DNA of 64,000 nt from Octopus sinensis (lineage: Eukaryota): positions 105,090,001 to 105,154,000 of the forward strand of contig NC_043001.1 of assembly GCF_006345805.1 (NCBI RefSeq), written 5' to 3'. Numbering within the stretch: position 1 is the stretch's first letter; every line of letters begins with the position of its first letter. The notes under the pieces were generated by a model, which saw only the letters and a program-made list of their open reading frames with translations, did not search any database and had not been told where the DNA came from. The position numbers were made by a program, and so were the translations under genes. Below are positions 50,311 to 64,000 of this stretch, one piece after another.

Positions 50311-53300
50311 AAAGAATAAAAGAATATGAGAAAAGGAAAAGTGTCGAAATAATGTTTCTGCAAAGCAGAAAACGCCCATGTCAGGCATTGATTTGGCTAG
50401 AATAGATAGACTTGTGATATCTGTGGCAAGTATTTCAGTCTGTTGAGGGCATGAGTCAAGAGACGATTTTCACAGCAGCTCAACCTGAAACAAGTAGCAG
50501 ACAGATCTTCAAATGGCATTCAGCGTCTTTAAATAAATAAATATGATATTGCCTTGCACGAGCAAAACCTGAATTCCCTTATAAGATTGTCTGAGCTGGA
50601 TTGTTTTCGATCATTAACAGTGACGCTTGGGGAGAATCAACAAAACCGATCTCAGATCACGATGTATTAGTTGATCATCATATCCAGGAAGAAAACGCTG
50701 ATCTTATTATTTATCCATCGAACGTATCATTGATTTGTTTGGAAGGCTGGTACCTCAAACGAAAATAGGACGCTAATTAAAGCGTGAGCAACAGACAAAA
50801 TGATGCAAACTGGAAGCTATTCGAACGAGATTACTTCACATGCTGCTAAATTGGCAGCGATTTGAAATCCTGGAATATTGCGACGGGCAGTTCCTGTTTT
50901 GATCATTTGTTGTCAATAGGTTAGATGCAATAGTACAAGCAGAACCAGTATGTGTCTATGTGTAGCGAACAAATCTAAAGCGACGTGTTCTCTGTGAAAC
51001 GAATATTATTCCATTACATAATGTCTTGGAATTTATGCCCTGCATATTGGGAACCTGATAAATCTATTACAATATATTAAGTGTTCACAAATCTGTATGC
51101 TTCATTATTCTTTTATCTCAATATTTTATATTCGCATAAAGTACATTGGCTGCGCATTTTCTCTGAAACTTTCAGAATCTGCCGATGTTAACATCTTCTG
51201 TATCGTATATCTGTTTGATGTCAATATATTGTAGAAAACCCAAGAGAATAGGAACTTTATATATAAAGGAACGAAATATAAATGTTTCCAAATTAACCAG
51301 AAACATTATAGTAGGGAATACGTTCTTGAATATTTCTATTCAAATCCACAAACGCAACATTTATTTGCAACTACGAATTAATACATCGCAAACCAGTAAA
51401 TTGCATTAAGACGTGGATAAGGAAAGTGAAGTGATATGCATGATCATAGGAAACGATGTCGAATGAAGCCAAATCATATTCACCATTGACACATGTTGGG
51501 GATTTGCCAGTCTATAGAATGTTCAACGTGAAAATTAATATAAAGTATTATGTGTACCATCCGAGAGCATATCTACTATGAACATGTACATCGTACTAGG
51601 AATATACGATTAATCGCAAAATTGTAATGATTAGTAATCCTATGGGGAAATGTAGATTGAAATGGGGTTCGATCTAATAGCATTCGATGTTCAAGAAAAC
51701 TTCAACTGAAATGCTTTAGGATTGAACTTCATAAATTTTAATTTCACACCGATGGGTTTTTAATTTGCGTTGTTGCGGCGTAAGAAGATTCAGGTATGAA
51801 TGATGAATAAATTGCACTGAACTCTCTCTGAGACATAAAAAAATAAGTTCCTGTAATTTATTTAAATTCATTTCAGTATTGAAATGTAATTAGCTTCTCC
51901 GTAAATTAAGCAACACAAACAGAAAAAGAAGCGGGAGAATGTATCAAGCCCGTTTTGATTTTAATACGCAGTCATCTGTAACTTTCGTTGGGCGTATTGT
52001 GATGGAACAGTACTCCTAGCTGTAATAAATGTAGAGTTAGTATATTTCTTGAAAATAACACAAACTATTTAAAATAATTAAATAACACTCTAAATAAAAC
52101 CAATTATTATGTAAATTATTAATTCTAGAGATATTCCCGACATTTTAATTAAGTGATATTGGTAATTTTAATTAAATTTTTTTTGTAGTTTAATACATCC
52201 ACTCTGCTGTCAAATATAGAACAATTATTTATTCATGCAGCAGGCGTCGCTGAGTATTTCTGATTTATAATTTTATGATGTATTCAATCATCACCATCAT
52301 GTATACCGCTTTTGTCATCTATAGCTACCATAAATTTAGACTGTATTATGTTGATGAGGTCAAATACTGAGGCATGTGAAGTGTTTTGCTATATTTGTAT
52401 GCTTGCTAGTTTGCAGCGTGTAAATCACGTGAGCGAAGCAGTTCCAGCCGGGGAAGGCACCCACTGACTGTTACTAGTTCTCATCCATGGCTCACATCTT
52501 GCGCAAGTGGGAACTTCAGTGCACGGAGTTCTTTGCCTCGAAGGACAAGAACCATTATCAGAACTGGCAGAAAAGTGGCTTCAGACAGTGCAACCTGTTG
52601 GCCTCTACTTTAACTGCTCAGCTGCTTTTTTTGTAACTTGACGAATAAAGCAAGTTAGCAAATTATTGCAAAACCTTTGATTAACACAATAATAACTAAC
52701 GATTTTGAAGATGTCTTGGCGCTTCTGACCAGGTTTTGTAACCTGTATAATGTTTTCTTCCACATATCTTTGATTATCTACAAACACCAGAGTTTGAAGT
52801 CCATCTTGTTAAGTCAGCTGTTTGATATAAAGAAGGCTGTCAGTATTGATTGCAGTCCTGTCGTTGGATTCAATACTGGAAATTGAGAGACTAGAAATGG
52901 TCGAAGTCCAGAGGTGATGTGGTTGCTAAAGAGTCTGATACCAGTCATACTGTCCTAATATCAAAAACACACCTTCCAACTATCTTAAATTTTTTGAGGT
53001 GTGAGATATGTGTATGCTGGGATTGGAATCGTTGGTCATAATCCGAAGTTTCAGTTACCAAAATACTGATATTTTCGGAAAAGATGTGAATGATCGTACG
53101 GTTTCTCTTGAGATGTTGCTACATGTTTTAGCAGACTAGCGTAGATGCCTTAGAGTCTAAGATTAAACTGGGGTCCATAGAAGATTTTTGGGTCCTTCCA
53201 GGCTAAATAAAAAATTGGGTCCATAACAGCATTGTATGGCTCCATGAAAACATGTTAGGTGTGCTTATTGCAAGAAACAACGAGATTTCTTTCTATGATA

Positions 53301-54018
53301 TTTCACATAAGCCATTTTACATATGTGAACGTGCGACACAGAACATAGAAAATTGAATGAAATTCTCTATCAAATTAGTTTTTAAACATCGAAAGGCTGT
53401 GACATGAAATAAAATAACATAGTAACCAAAGGCGTCCATAAGTAAAGAAATGGTTGAGAAACTCTGCCTTAGAGAAATAAAGACTAAAAAGGTGGTCAAT
53501 AGAAAAACGATGTATAATCCACACTATTATGTTAAAACAAAGGCTGTTAAGAGATAAATCAGCGCTGCAATGGATATAAGGTTGTTAAAGATGTTTTACA
53601 ACGATTCAATTTGAATTATCAAAGTTATGATGAAAGACGGTCGTGTCGTTACCAAAACTTTCTTTACGTTCAATAAAGGCAGAAATAGATCTGCCTTCAA
53701 CTCACTCGCGCGTCTGTGTCTCGATTATTTTTTTGTGTGTTTTACTACATAAAGATCGCCAACTGCTTACCCTGAGTAATTACAGTCGGCACGTGCCTGG
53801 TACATCTGCATGTATGTGGCGACAGGTTACATGGCTTGGAGAGGAAGGGAGATTACTCTTTGTTTTGATGTTTTTACTCCTTGAAATAAGTCGAACCTGA
53901 TGGAAAAAATTTCAATTCGATTATTTTAACAGGATACGGCTTGAACTTGAGTAGTATTAGTTATTCGTGTTTTTATATCTGTTTTGAACTACGACTAACT
54001 TTTCAAGATTCTATCATT

Positions 54019-54157
54019 CATAAAGAATAAAATATTTCGAATGGTACAACAATGCACTGTTATAGAAACAATGGGATCTGTACCTGTTGTAATTTAACCA
54101 TCCACAGTTTGTATTATAGTGCATTGTTGTACCATTTGAAACATTTTATTATTTACG
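54019..54157. repeat. Inverted repeat, ~40-bp arms with ~60-nt spacer
   Basis: Core arms 54028-54058 and 54118-54148 match at 29/31. Confidence 0.85.
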
Positions 54158-56324
54158 AACAATACACAATGCTTCAAGCTATCACTCATAGTTGAATGCC
54201 TGAATGACTAGTTGGTGCCATTCCCTATAGAGGCACAAATATAATTGATTCCCGAATAAATTGCACTTTACGTTCGAGGCTCTGACGAAACTATAAGGTG
54301 ATATTCAGGTACTCAAGTATAAGTCCACAGCATCTAATGGCATTAACGGCTGTAAGCTAATGATTTTCATAAGATAGGCCTTTATTCCTTTCTTCTCTCT
54401 CTTTCGTATTTATATATGTATGTATGTGTATGTGCATGTGCGCTCGCGTGTTTCTCACGTATGCAATATGTAAGTTGTACATTAGTCTACACACGAACAC
54501 ACAGGCGCGCGAACGCACACACGACATATGTATGTATACAGAGACACAAATAGAGGAACGCATGCGCACACATCAATAACACTGCTGTAGGTGTCTGGCT
54601 AAATCAGTCATAAACATATTTTACTTGATCTGACCTTTTGCACGCGCTTGCTTTGTCACCTTTTAATTGGAAATATTTCTTTTGATGAAATATATTGTTA
54701 AGATTGTTCTGAATTTAATAATCTGTTAATAACCGGTTTGCAGAATTCCAACACAAATCATTCTTTGTTTGTTTGTAAAGTTTGCAATCTCATTTAAACA
54801 TTTTTACTGCATTAGACAACTACAATGAATTGTTGCTGGTGTGTAAAATGTAATAAATGTGGTATTATATCCATTGAAGCTATTAATATTGTCATCAGCA
54901 GTGATTTCTGAAGACACTCTACAGTCTTTCGGGGAAATAGCGAACAGTTTTGAAAAGTAAATAGTTTCTGCTATGTTTAACAGATCAACGACTGATATAA
55001 ATCATACGTGGTATCGAACAGCAACTTCAAGATTAATTATATCGATAAAAATGTATAAAAAAAGAATTTAAATGGAAAATCAAAGATTCTAGCGCGATGT
55101 CGCAATAGATATCAGTATATGATCGAACAAAATATAGTTTACGCCGTTTGATCAGGATGATTGCCAAAATCCCAAGGCAAAACAAAAGCCTAATGATCCC
55201 GTTCTTCAATAAAAAATAAAACAAAACATGAACATACAACGTGATTTCAGTTATCTTGGTTTTCACATTACCACTCAATCTTACTTTGGCACATTTTCTT
55301 ATTAATCTATATAAAAACGAACGTTCAGTTATTTATCGTCTTAATCGAAATTCTTCGGTGTTCTTCTCGTGTTTCTTTTTTTGTTTATTCAATAGAGTTT
55401 TCGCCAATATAATGTCTTTAGCAGAACCCATTTTTGAAATAGCAATTTTGAGAGGCATCATATTTCTTATCGATTTCAGAATATAAGTAAAGCTATGTTG
55501 AAAGTAAGATATATGCTGGTTTTGATGCAGTGAAATAAATAAGTAACAACGGAGAACATAAATTCGGAACTTTATATGATAGATTGCGGAGAAACTGCAG
55601 AAATGCAGGATTTTCATAAAGTCGACAAGTGACTAGGCAACTGTGTTTAAGAGGCTTTAGCAATATTTATTTATTTTATAGTATTATCTTCCATAAATAA
55701 ACAAGACCTGTTCAAGTAAGTTACTATCGAGATTTTTCGCTAGAGCATGTGTATTAATTCTGTATTATAGCTTTGAGAGAACAAAAACGATTAATAATAA
55801 AGTCTTGGTCGCGTACACAATGCACAGGTAGAGGATATATTGTGCAAAATTTATAGCCGTGAGGATTTCGTGCAGTTGTCACGTATGTCGTTTTTAACCT
55901 CTTCAAGTCAGCCATCATAATATATCTTTATGATCAGAGATTTTGCAGCTGTGATCCGTCCGTACATGTTGAGTCAGAAAAATATAATGGTCAGCTATTC
56001 CGTTATCTTTAAGGCAGAGGAGTGGTATTTATGAAGTACTTTTCTGATATTTACAGCAGGTAATGCGATAATATAGAGGATTCTCCATTCGCTTATACTG
56101 TTGTGCTTAGAGGGATATAGTGCTACTATCGTTAGAAATGTTACCAATAACAAGTACGTCGATGTTAAATTATTAGGAAAACATGATTATTGCTTGATAA
56201 TTCTTTTTATATTTAAGTCAGTGCCCAGCACTTTAACGCATATATACCAGAGGTTCTTCTGTAAACATGCATACTTGCATACATATATGTACTTACATAT
56301 ATACATACGTATATACTTGAATGT

Positions 56325-56560
56325 GGTGGTGCGTGGCTTAATGGTTAGGGTGTCAGCATCACTATCGTAAGATTGTGGTTTCGATTCCTGGACCGGCCGA
56401 CGCGTTCTTGAGCAAAACACTTCGTTTCACGTTACTCCAGTCCACTCAGCAGGCAGAAATGAGTAACGCTGCGATGGACTGGCGTCCCGTCCAGCTGGGT
56501 AACACATACGCCTTTGAAACGGGAAACCGGGCCCATGAGCCTGACTAGGCTTTAAAAGGG
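56325..56560 (+). mobile_element. SINE family D-related
   Basis: GGTGCGTGGCTTAATGGTTAGGG..GGTTTCGATTCCTGGACC..GGCGTCCCGTCCAG..GGGAAACCGGGCCCATGAGCC. Confidence 0.75.
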
Positions 56561-57840
56561 CGCATTTCTTATTTTTTTTTCATATAATTGAATGCATACA
56601 TGCATACACAACCATATGTGTGTGTGTATGTGTGTGTGTGTTTGTACAAGAAAATAATTTTTTACACTCAAGTAGAGGTACAAAAAATCCAAAACATTGG
56701 AAGTGCCATTTCACCATTTACTTTATGAAAATGTCTATACAAATACTTAACTGGTTTCACATTTTCACAGCAGTAGAATGTCGAGGATTTTATCGCAATT
56801 CTTCTGTGTTGCATCACAATGCATTACGTTTCCAAAGGTTAACCATTATGGTCTGTTAGTTCTTCAGTCTAAAGCAAGCTTTAAGTAAATCCTTTGATGA
56901 CGTCAACATCCACTACACTTTTACTCTATGTAATTCTCGAATGTCAATTGCTTTGGCACTTTCGATCCTATAATATATTAACATTGCTGGTTATTGTCTA
57001 TTAATTAGCATTCATTTTATTTCATAGATTTTATTATTTTTTATATTCCAATTTCGAAACGATTGACAAGGTTCTTTGTGCTCGGTTAAATTCAATATTT
57101 GTTTTGGCATGTTTTGTATGGAATGAAAAAACAGTAGTAAGTTCTGTTTTGAATCTACCTGCTTGCAGTTAATACCGGTTTCAATGTATGTGTGTTGTTA
57201 TTAAGATATCGAGGAATGGAGTGCATTGGTACAGTATTCCTTTATGAACTGTAAATTGCTGTCCACATCAGTAAATAGTAATTTAAAATCGTCAACTTAG
57301 TCAAGATCGTGTGATCAGAAACTCAATAACGTTTTCAGATATGTATTAAATATATCTGGAGATTGAAACCATAAATTCATTTAGGTTGTTCATACATTTT
57401 TATTTTCCTTCGCTTTGTAATTATATTTGTGTTTCTATGTGTGTGTATTTACGTGTATGTGTATGTGCATGTGTCTGTATGTGCGAGAGAGTATGTGTGT
57501 GTGTGAGTGTATGTATGTGCGCGTGAAAAGCCGACAATACATTTAATTACAAATATGCAAATTTTGTATGTGTAAAAAACCCTATATGTCATAAATATCA
57601 CATAATGTAATTTAAAACAGTCGCTACAAGAAATATTGAATATATTTTCTTTATCTTCTTTATCGCATTAGCAAAAAGCTTATCTTGAAAAACATACAGA
57701 AATGGCTGTTATCTCTCTTTAAGCTTGTTAATTACATAGCTTATTTATCTAATTAGCAATTTTATGTTTTAGAAATTTACGAAGCACCCAAAATATCAGA
57801 GTAATTTTATCCGCCTTAAGTGACATGAAATACAATATTC

Positions 57841-57929
57841 AGGACTGTTATCAAGGTGTCGAACATGCGTAAGAATTCGATGGCCTCAGACCCAAGGACA
57901 ATATTCATATATATATATATGTGTCTATA

Positions 57930-58013
<84 letters not shown>

Positions 58014-58073
58014 TGTCTTTGGGTCTGAGGGCATCGAATTCTTACACATGTTCGACACCCTGGTAACAGTCCT
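57841..58073. repeat. Foldback: 62-bp inverted arms around a (CA)n/(TA)n core
   Basis: Arms 57841-57902 and 58012-58073 match at 57/62. Confidence 0.9.
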
Positions 58074-59452
58074 AGACATAATAGCCAATGCCTCTCATAC
58101 CGTCTACGTTTAATGTCATTGACCTCTGGTGTGCTTCTACTTTCATAATGAGTTGCTTCGTATGGGGAGACCACAGTGGGCAATAAATTTAAATACAGGT
58201 TAAAATAACCACCGTAAGGGATGGAAAATTTCCAATGAACAACTGGTTTGTTAAATATTATTTTGTTGGGAATTGCAATATTCCTAAAGTAATAGGCTTA
58301 AGTATAAACCTCGGTTTATAAATATTCCAATTAAAATCCAGAAAATGAAGGAGTAGCGTTAATATAATCTATTAACTGCAAAAATTCAACATGTTCACTT
58401 ACAGCTATTTCAATTTTGTGCAAAAGGATTAAATTCCAGTAATTAAAACATGTTGTTCGTCAGAGGAGTAAAAGGCATAGCGTTAGGTTATTACATGTTA
58501 TTCTACCAAAACATCTCAACAGACTGAATCTGATTTAATTACTAATATTGGTATAAATCTTGGCCAGGGGGGGATACGTTGTATAGGAGTAATATTTGGT
58601 AAATGAATGTTAGGTAGTGAGTTACAGTAAAAACAGTATCGCATGAAGGAGAGAATAAACTAGTGATTACTTTTCTAATTTATTTAAGAAACTGAGTGAA
58701 TTAATATGAAAAATAAAGTATGAGATTGCTCCAAGGAAAAACTAAGCTAAGAGCACTAGATTCCTTGGAAAAAAGCAGCGAATGTAATCGAAAACAAGGA
58801 CGGGGAAAAAAACGGAGAAATGGTACATAAATACAAATGCAAATAACATGACATTAACAACAAGTGTCTTTCGACTAAGGACGAATTAAATTAAACCTGC
58901 GTGTGTGGAAGTGAAGCCTTACGGCAGGGGCATAGGAAGTGACAGGCATGGGGAGGAGTATAGATGTTGCACGGATGGTAGTCGAAACCAAGAATTATAT
59001 ATACACACAATGTTATATGTACATATACATATTCATCGATATATAATCAAGAATTGCATGTACGAAAACAAAATATACGTACGTACATTACAAAGCAATT
59101 CTTTCGCCACTAACTTATTCTTTGTAAGACCAGCACTTATTTTATCGATATCTTTTGACGAACCGCTAAGTTTCGTTGATGTAAGCACACCAGCATTAGT
59201 TATCAGGCGATGGTGGTGTAACAAACACATATACATAAATATATACACACACATACAGACACACACACATATATATATATATACAAAATGAGAAAATGGA
59301 GAAACATACTTAAATGAATCAATCATCAACCATCAGATAATACCCAATCAATACTTTATTACACCATTACATAACAGCAATGACATTATACATAATATAT
59401 TGCAAATATAACTAGACATGGAAATAGAAATATAAAATACAATTACATCATA

Positions 59453-59563
59453 TCTGACAGCTGTTTCGGCCGTGAAGACAAGTATGTCTCATTTAACCTA
59501 TTAGCCATATAAAGCAGGTATAAATGAGACATTAACAAGGATGTCTCACGGCCTCTTCAGAGA
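59453..59563 (-). ncRNA. Minimal type I hammerhead ribozyme with long stem II
   Basis: Minus: TCT CTGAAGA GGCCGTGA-GACA..TGTCTCATTTA..TAAATGAGACA..TGTC-T-TCACGGCC GAA ACAGCTGT C AGA. Palindromic stem III ACAGCTGT, GUC triplet; stem I is short (3 bp, then bulged). Confidence 0.75.
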
Positions 59564-59879
59564 ATTTAATATAAGTGTGAAAAAAATTTACATATAAATA
59601 TAAAAATATAAAATATAAAAATGTGTGCATAGACACTCATAATTCTACATATATATATATATATATATATATACATACACATTAATACAATAATACAATA
59701 TAAACAAAATATATCAGTATACATTAACAAACACAGTTATTTTCCATATTGGACTCCTAGTTCCATAACTAACATCAAGGAAATACATGTACACTCACAT
59801 TTAAATTTAAAGCAGACATATATATATAAAACAGTCCAGTTCATTAAAATGTATAACCATACAAAAAGTCAATAAAATT

Positions 59880-59882
59880 AAT

Positions 59883-59950
<68 letters not shown>
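59880..59950. repeat. (AAT)n microsatellite
   Basis: Direct reading. Confidence 0.95.
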
Positions 59951-59954
<4 letters not shown>

Positions 59955-60189
59955 CATGATTGTACCATGTAAAGCAAGCGGACATCTACATATCAATAAG
60001 TCTAATTCATCTGTCAGCTTGATATTGATTTTCCTAGATAGATTCAGATTCGATAATACAGTAGATGAATTAATTGCACCGCAATTTTTAACATTTATGT
60101 ATTAGTCTTGTTGGGTACCTCTCTAGCAGTATATTGGATATATGTTATCCCATGGAGGGTTGAATTTACAACCCCTATCTCATTTTATA

Positions 60190-60285
60190 TATATATATGG
60201 CGGGCTTCTTTCAGTTTCCGTCTGCCAAATCCACTCACAAGGCTTTGGTCGGCTCAAGGCAATAGTAGTGGATACTTGCCCAATT
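60190..60285 (-). mobile_element. SINE family A fragment
   Basis: CGGGCTTCTTTCAGTTTCCGTCTGCCAAATCCACTCACAAGGCTTTGGTCGGC. Confidence 0.85.
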
Positions 60286-61216
60286 TCTCTATCCAAACCT
60301 CCCCTGTACAAAGGATCAATCCGTCAATTGCTATTTTGGTTTAGTCTTTTGCTTAACGCCCCAAAGATACACACAAGCAAAATTGTATGATTACAACCAT
60401 ATTTAACTTTTCCCTTCTTCTTCTATATGCTCTTCTTTTATTTATTCTTCCCTCTGAAGAAAGTCCTTGTTTCAGATCGGTTTTATTACCAAATATGATA
60501 AATATTTTTACATATGCTTGTATATCAATGGCAATATCCTCAACGTTGGAAGCAGAAACAGCTGTTAGATGGGATGCAGTCTATTTGCATTGAACTAATA
60601 AATAATATTTGATGTAATTCAATAGTTGTTCATCAGTACTTCTCCATATTTTCTTGCTTCTTTATAAGCTCGACGTATATGCTGTCCCTGTACAAAATTG
60701 TCCAGGGATAAGACAGATACTGATAGTATATTCGGATATTTTATCCCTTAGTCGCTTTCTACAACCGCTAACTCTCTCTCTATTTGTTTATGTGTGTGTG
60801 TATAATACCTAGATGCTAGTTGCTTTTTGTTATCTAATGTGTTTTAAGACATAAAAATATTTTTTGAAGGAGCTAATTTGATGACAATTTCTCGCAGTTC
60901 CAGTGATATGGTTGACAATCTCTAGGGCATATCTGAGTTGGAAGCATTACGACGTTAAAGTTAATTTAGTTTACCTTCAAATTTTATTATTGAATGAAGT
61001 GAAATGTATATTCCTACAGACTTTACTGCACGCAATTTTCTATATGGTTTCAGCTCTAGTCGCTGACATTTGGATGAACACCATCGTAAATTTATCAATT
61101 AAATAAGGAAGGATCTACTATGGAACCTCGAGCTGTGATAAGAAGCGGCCAGATATCTATGAGAGTTATTTACACAACAGAAAAAGGGATTTTGTTGATA
61201 TAACTGCATTCGTTAA

Positions 61217-61271
<55 letters not shown>

Positions 61272-61524
61272 GTAAATATAATGTGACAATTATTCGGTAG
61301 CCAAGTCTATATAGGCACAAGGAAAAGTACAGGGGGGGAATGTAGAGTACAGAAAAAATTATGTGTAAAAAATTAATATATCTATAAACCAAATTCTCTA
61401 TAATATATATATATATATAAATATATGAAAAAATAAAAGTAAAAGGTATAATGAGATAAAAAGACTTGTGCGTGGACATAATATAGAAAGCAGGTTCTAT
61501 CTGCAGTCTTGTGGGGGACCAGAA

Positions 61525-61730
61525 ACGTAATAAAAATTTAGTCACATGTGGGAAGGATCCGAAAAGTACTGTCCTTGAGTTTAGACATGTAGCATGGTCT
61601 AAACTGCTTTTCCATATAAGCCATCTTTCCATCTTGCATAGACCACACTTTCCGCTGCCGTTGGTGTAGGGCTTACATTTGGCTAAAATCATCCAATGGA
61701 TGTTGTAATTGACACCTTTATCTTTTAAGA
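61525..61730 (-). pseudogene. Penelope-like element, GIY-YIG C-terminal region
   Basis: LKDKGVNYNIHWMILAKCKPYTNGSGKCGLCKMERWLI..CLNSRTVLFGSFPHVTKFLL fits the PLE C-terminal pattern LK....Y.I.W.I...A.PY.....C.LC..EK..I....LN.R.EL...C.H..KF.L. Confidence 0.85.
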
Positions 61731-63799
61731 TAAACAAAAGAAAACGAATATTTGAAAAACTGAAACGATCCGTGAGTAAGGAAAGTGAAATTTTTGGCAG
61801 TGAGGAATTCTCTAAAGTTGTTATGAATAAAAACAAGGAAAGAGGAAAGAAAGGGAGGGTTAGAGTAGAAGGATGCTGATTTTAAGTGGAAAGGTTTTCG
61901 TGAATATAAAGCTGGGGTCCCTTTAATACGTCAACGGTGAGAAAATAATTTGGCCCAACTAACCGTATACATTTACAGTAATCTCTCGCCATATCGCCAT
62001 TCACTTATCACGTACTCAGTACATCGCGGATTTTTCTGGCAAATATATGTAAATTTATATCGTCGACTCCTGAGTATTTCAGGGTTTCTGCGGCCGATAG
62101 GTATTTATATATTTTTAGAAGGGTTACTGTATACAGAAAATTTAAGGGTTTATACCATTTTGACTTGGACGGAAATGGAATTGAGGGAGTAACGCGATGT
62201 AACATGTCTTATTTCAACTTATATTGATTCTGTTATATTGGTTACTATCGGCATATTAATTTGTAATTAAATAATAACTTCAGGAATAATAATGAGAGCA
62301 ACAGATAAAATTTGATTAAAGGGTACATAAAGCAGACAATATGTTAGAACTCACGACGAAGATTAGAAAGCTGGAGATAACACTCTCTACGTGAGTGCTG
62401 TTATCTAGAAGGAAACAAAAAGACGGAAATGTTTAATCAACGTAAGGTATATTAATCAAACTTGTATGACACTACCAACAGGATGTTGATGTAGGAACAG
62501 CAGCAACAACAAGAAGAATAATGGACGACGAGGACGATTATGATATTTATATATATATATATATAGGCATGCATATATGTATTCATACATTATATATTCA
62601 TATATATATATATATATGTCTATATGTATATATATATATATATGTAAATGTAATTATGTATGTTTATATAAATTTATATATGCACGTACATATATATGTA
62701 TATATATATATATATAAATGTATATGTATAAATATATATATATATATATATATGTATCTGTGTGTGTGTATATATCTATCTATCTACCTATCTCTTTCTC
62801 TCTCTATCTATCTATCTCTCTATCTCTCTCTATATATATATATATATGTATTTATGTATGTATAATTACATTTATGTCTACTTAGTAATTATATTTCGTG
62901 TGTTAATGAGAATATCGTGAATGAAGCTTTCCCGTCTTTGTGAGAATGGAAACAGTGGAAAATGTCAATTCCAGGGTAATTCTAGGTATTCTGCGTAAAT
63001 GTAATAAGACCATATATAAAATAGCACGAATTCCTATTATTTTCTTGTATATTCTCCATGACTAAATCTTATTATATCATCTGCTCATTACGAACAATTA
63101 CTTCAATTTAAACTCAATGTTTCTCTAGAAACACTTAATTTCGAAAGCAGCGAGACATTTATCTAAGGAGACATAGAGTATAGGCGCATGTTTATTCATA
63201 TACAATTACAGAACGTTTCAAAGTTCATGTTGAATGTACGAAAAGTTACAGTAGTAATGTTAAGTGTTAAATTACGTCATAAATAAAATAATTGCAAGCC
63301 AGCACTGAAGCCTTGTTTTGCTAGTTTCTAATATTTAGCGAAGAGCATAAATGCATTATGAAAACATCACAACATAAATCCAAACGCTAAAAGAAGGAGA
63401 AAACTGTAATGTTGATTCCTCAGCATTTGTTTCAATCTCCAGCGATAAAAAAAAGAAAACAAAAGTTGTTATGATATATGTAATGTCTATCAGTTAATAG
63501 TCTCCTGTTTAAATTATATACATAAATTCAGGGCTCATTCGATCGACCGAGAAGGTGAACATGAGTAATATTTGTAGAATAATCCATAGAGAAAACCAGT
63601 TATCGTTAGCAAGTTATCCAGTACGGTGGTTTAAGTATCAGTTACGATTTCTGAGATTTATGGAACTTTTTAAGGTAGTCTTTAAATTGAAGACGGTGTG
63701 CATATTGCGTGCAAACTTATCAAAAGAATGATGGTCACGTACCGAGAAAAGGCTCATAACACCGACTTTACGGATTCTGTGGCGTATATATCCCACCGC

Positions 63800-63930
63800 A
63801 CTTGAGGGAACGTCACTGATTACTCATTTTTGCCTGCTGAGTGAACTGGGGCAACGTGAAATCAAGTGTTTAGATCAAGAAAACAACGAATTGAAACAAC
63901 AATTTTACGATCATGAGTGCAAAATCATAA
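63800..63930 (-). mobile_element. SINE family D-related fragment
   Basis: Reverse complement CGTTGTTTTCTTG..ACACTTGATTTCACGTTGCCCCAGTTCACTCAGCAGGC resembles 56400-56460. Confidence 0.6.
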
Positions 63931-64000
63931 CCATTAATCCATGCGCATCCATCTATATACAGACCAGTGATGAGATTCCAAGCATGAATGCTTTCTTTAA

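Noticed and set aside
52410-52900. GC-richer unique block after a TTTGCAG acceptor-like site
   Set aside because: All frames close within ~65 codons and no family was recognised.
56824-56872. CTGAAGA...GAAACGTA on the minus strand
   Set aside because: Stems I and II do not pair adequately; consistent with chance.

Overview
AT-rich eukaryotic genomic DNA, apparently intergenic or intronic, with dense microsatellites. The SINE families match my recollection of octopus (Octopus sp.) repeats; this is an inference, not a database result. No host protein-coding gene could be identified with confidence, and most ORF-track entries are microsatellite or antisense noise. Mobile elements dominate. (1) R4/Dong-clade non-LTR retrotransposons (RT + CCHC + restriction-like endonuclease) sit at (TAA)n tracts: a full-length copy at 11463-15419 whose ~1214-aa ORF is restored by four 1-bp indel corrections, a 5'-truncated sister copy at 27473-30003 (-), and two decayed relatives. 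(2) Penelope-like (PLE) GIY-YIG fragments. (3) At least four tRNA-derived SINE families and a hAT/Charlie-type MITE. The most striking unannotated layer is RNA-structural. Three sequence-unrelated minimal type I hammerhead ribozymes with canonical cores lie at 37695-37771 (-), 49882-49967 (+) and 59453-59563 (-), with several degenerate ones elsewhere. A repeated chimeric element (tRNA/Pol III head, internal (TAA)n, hammerhead-bearing tail; 4 copies) has a majority consensus that rebuilds an intact hammerhead. All folds were derived by eye and all coordinates hand-counted; SINE boundaries are approximate.
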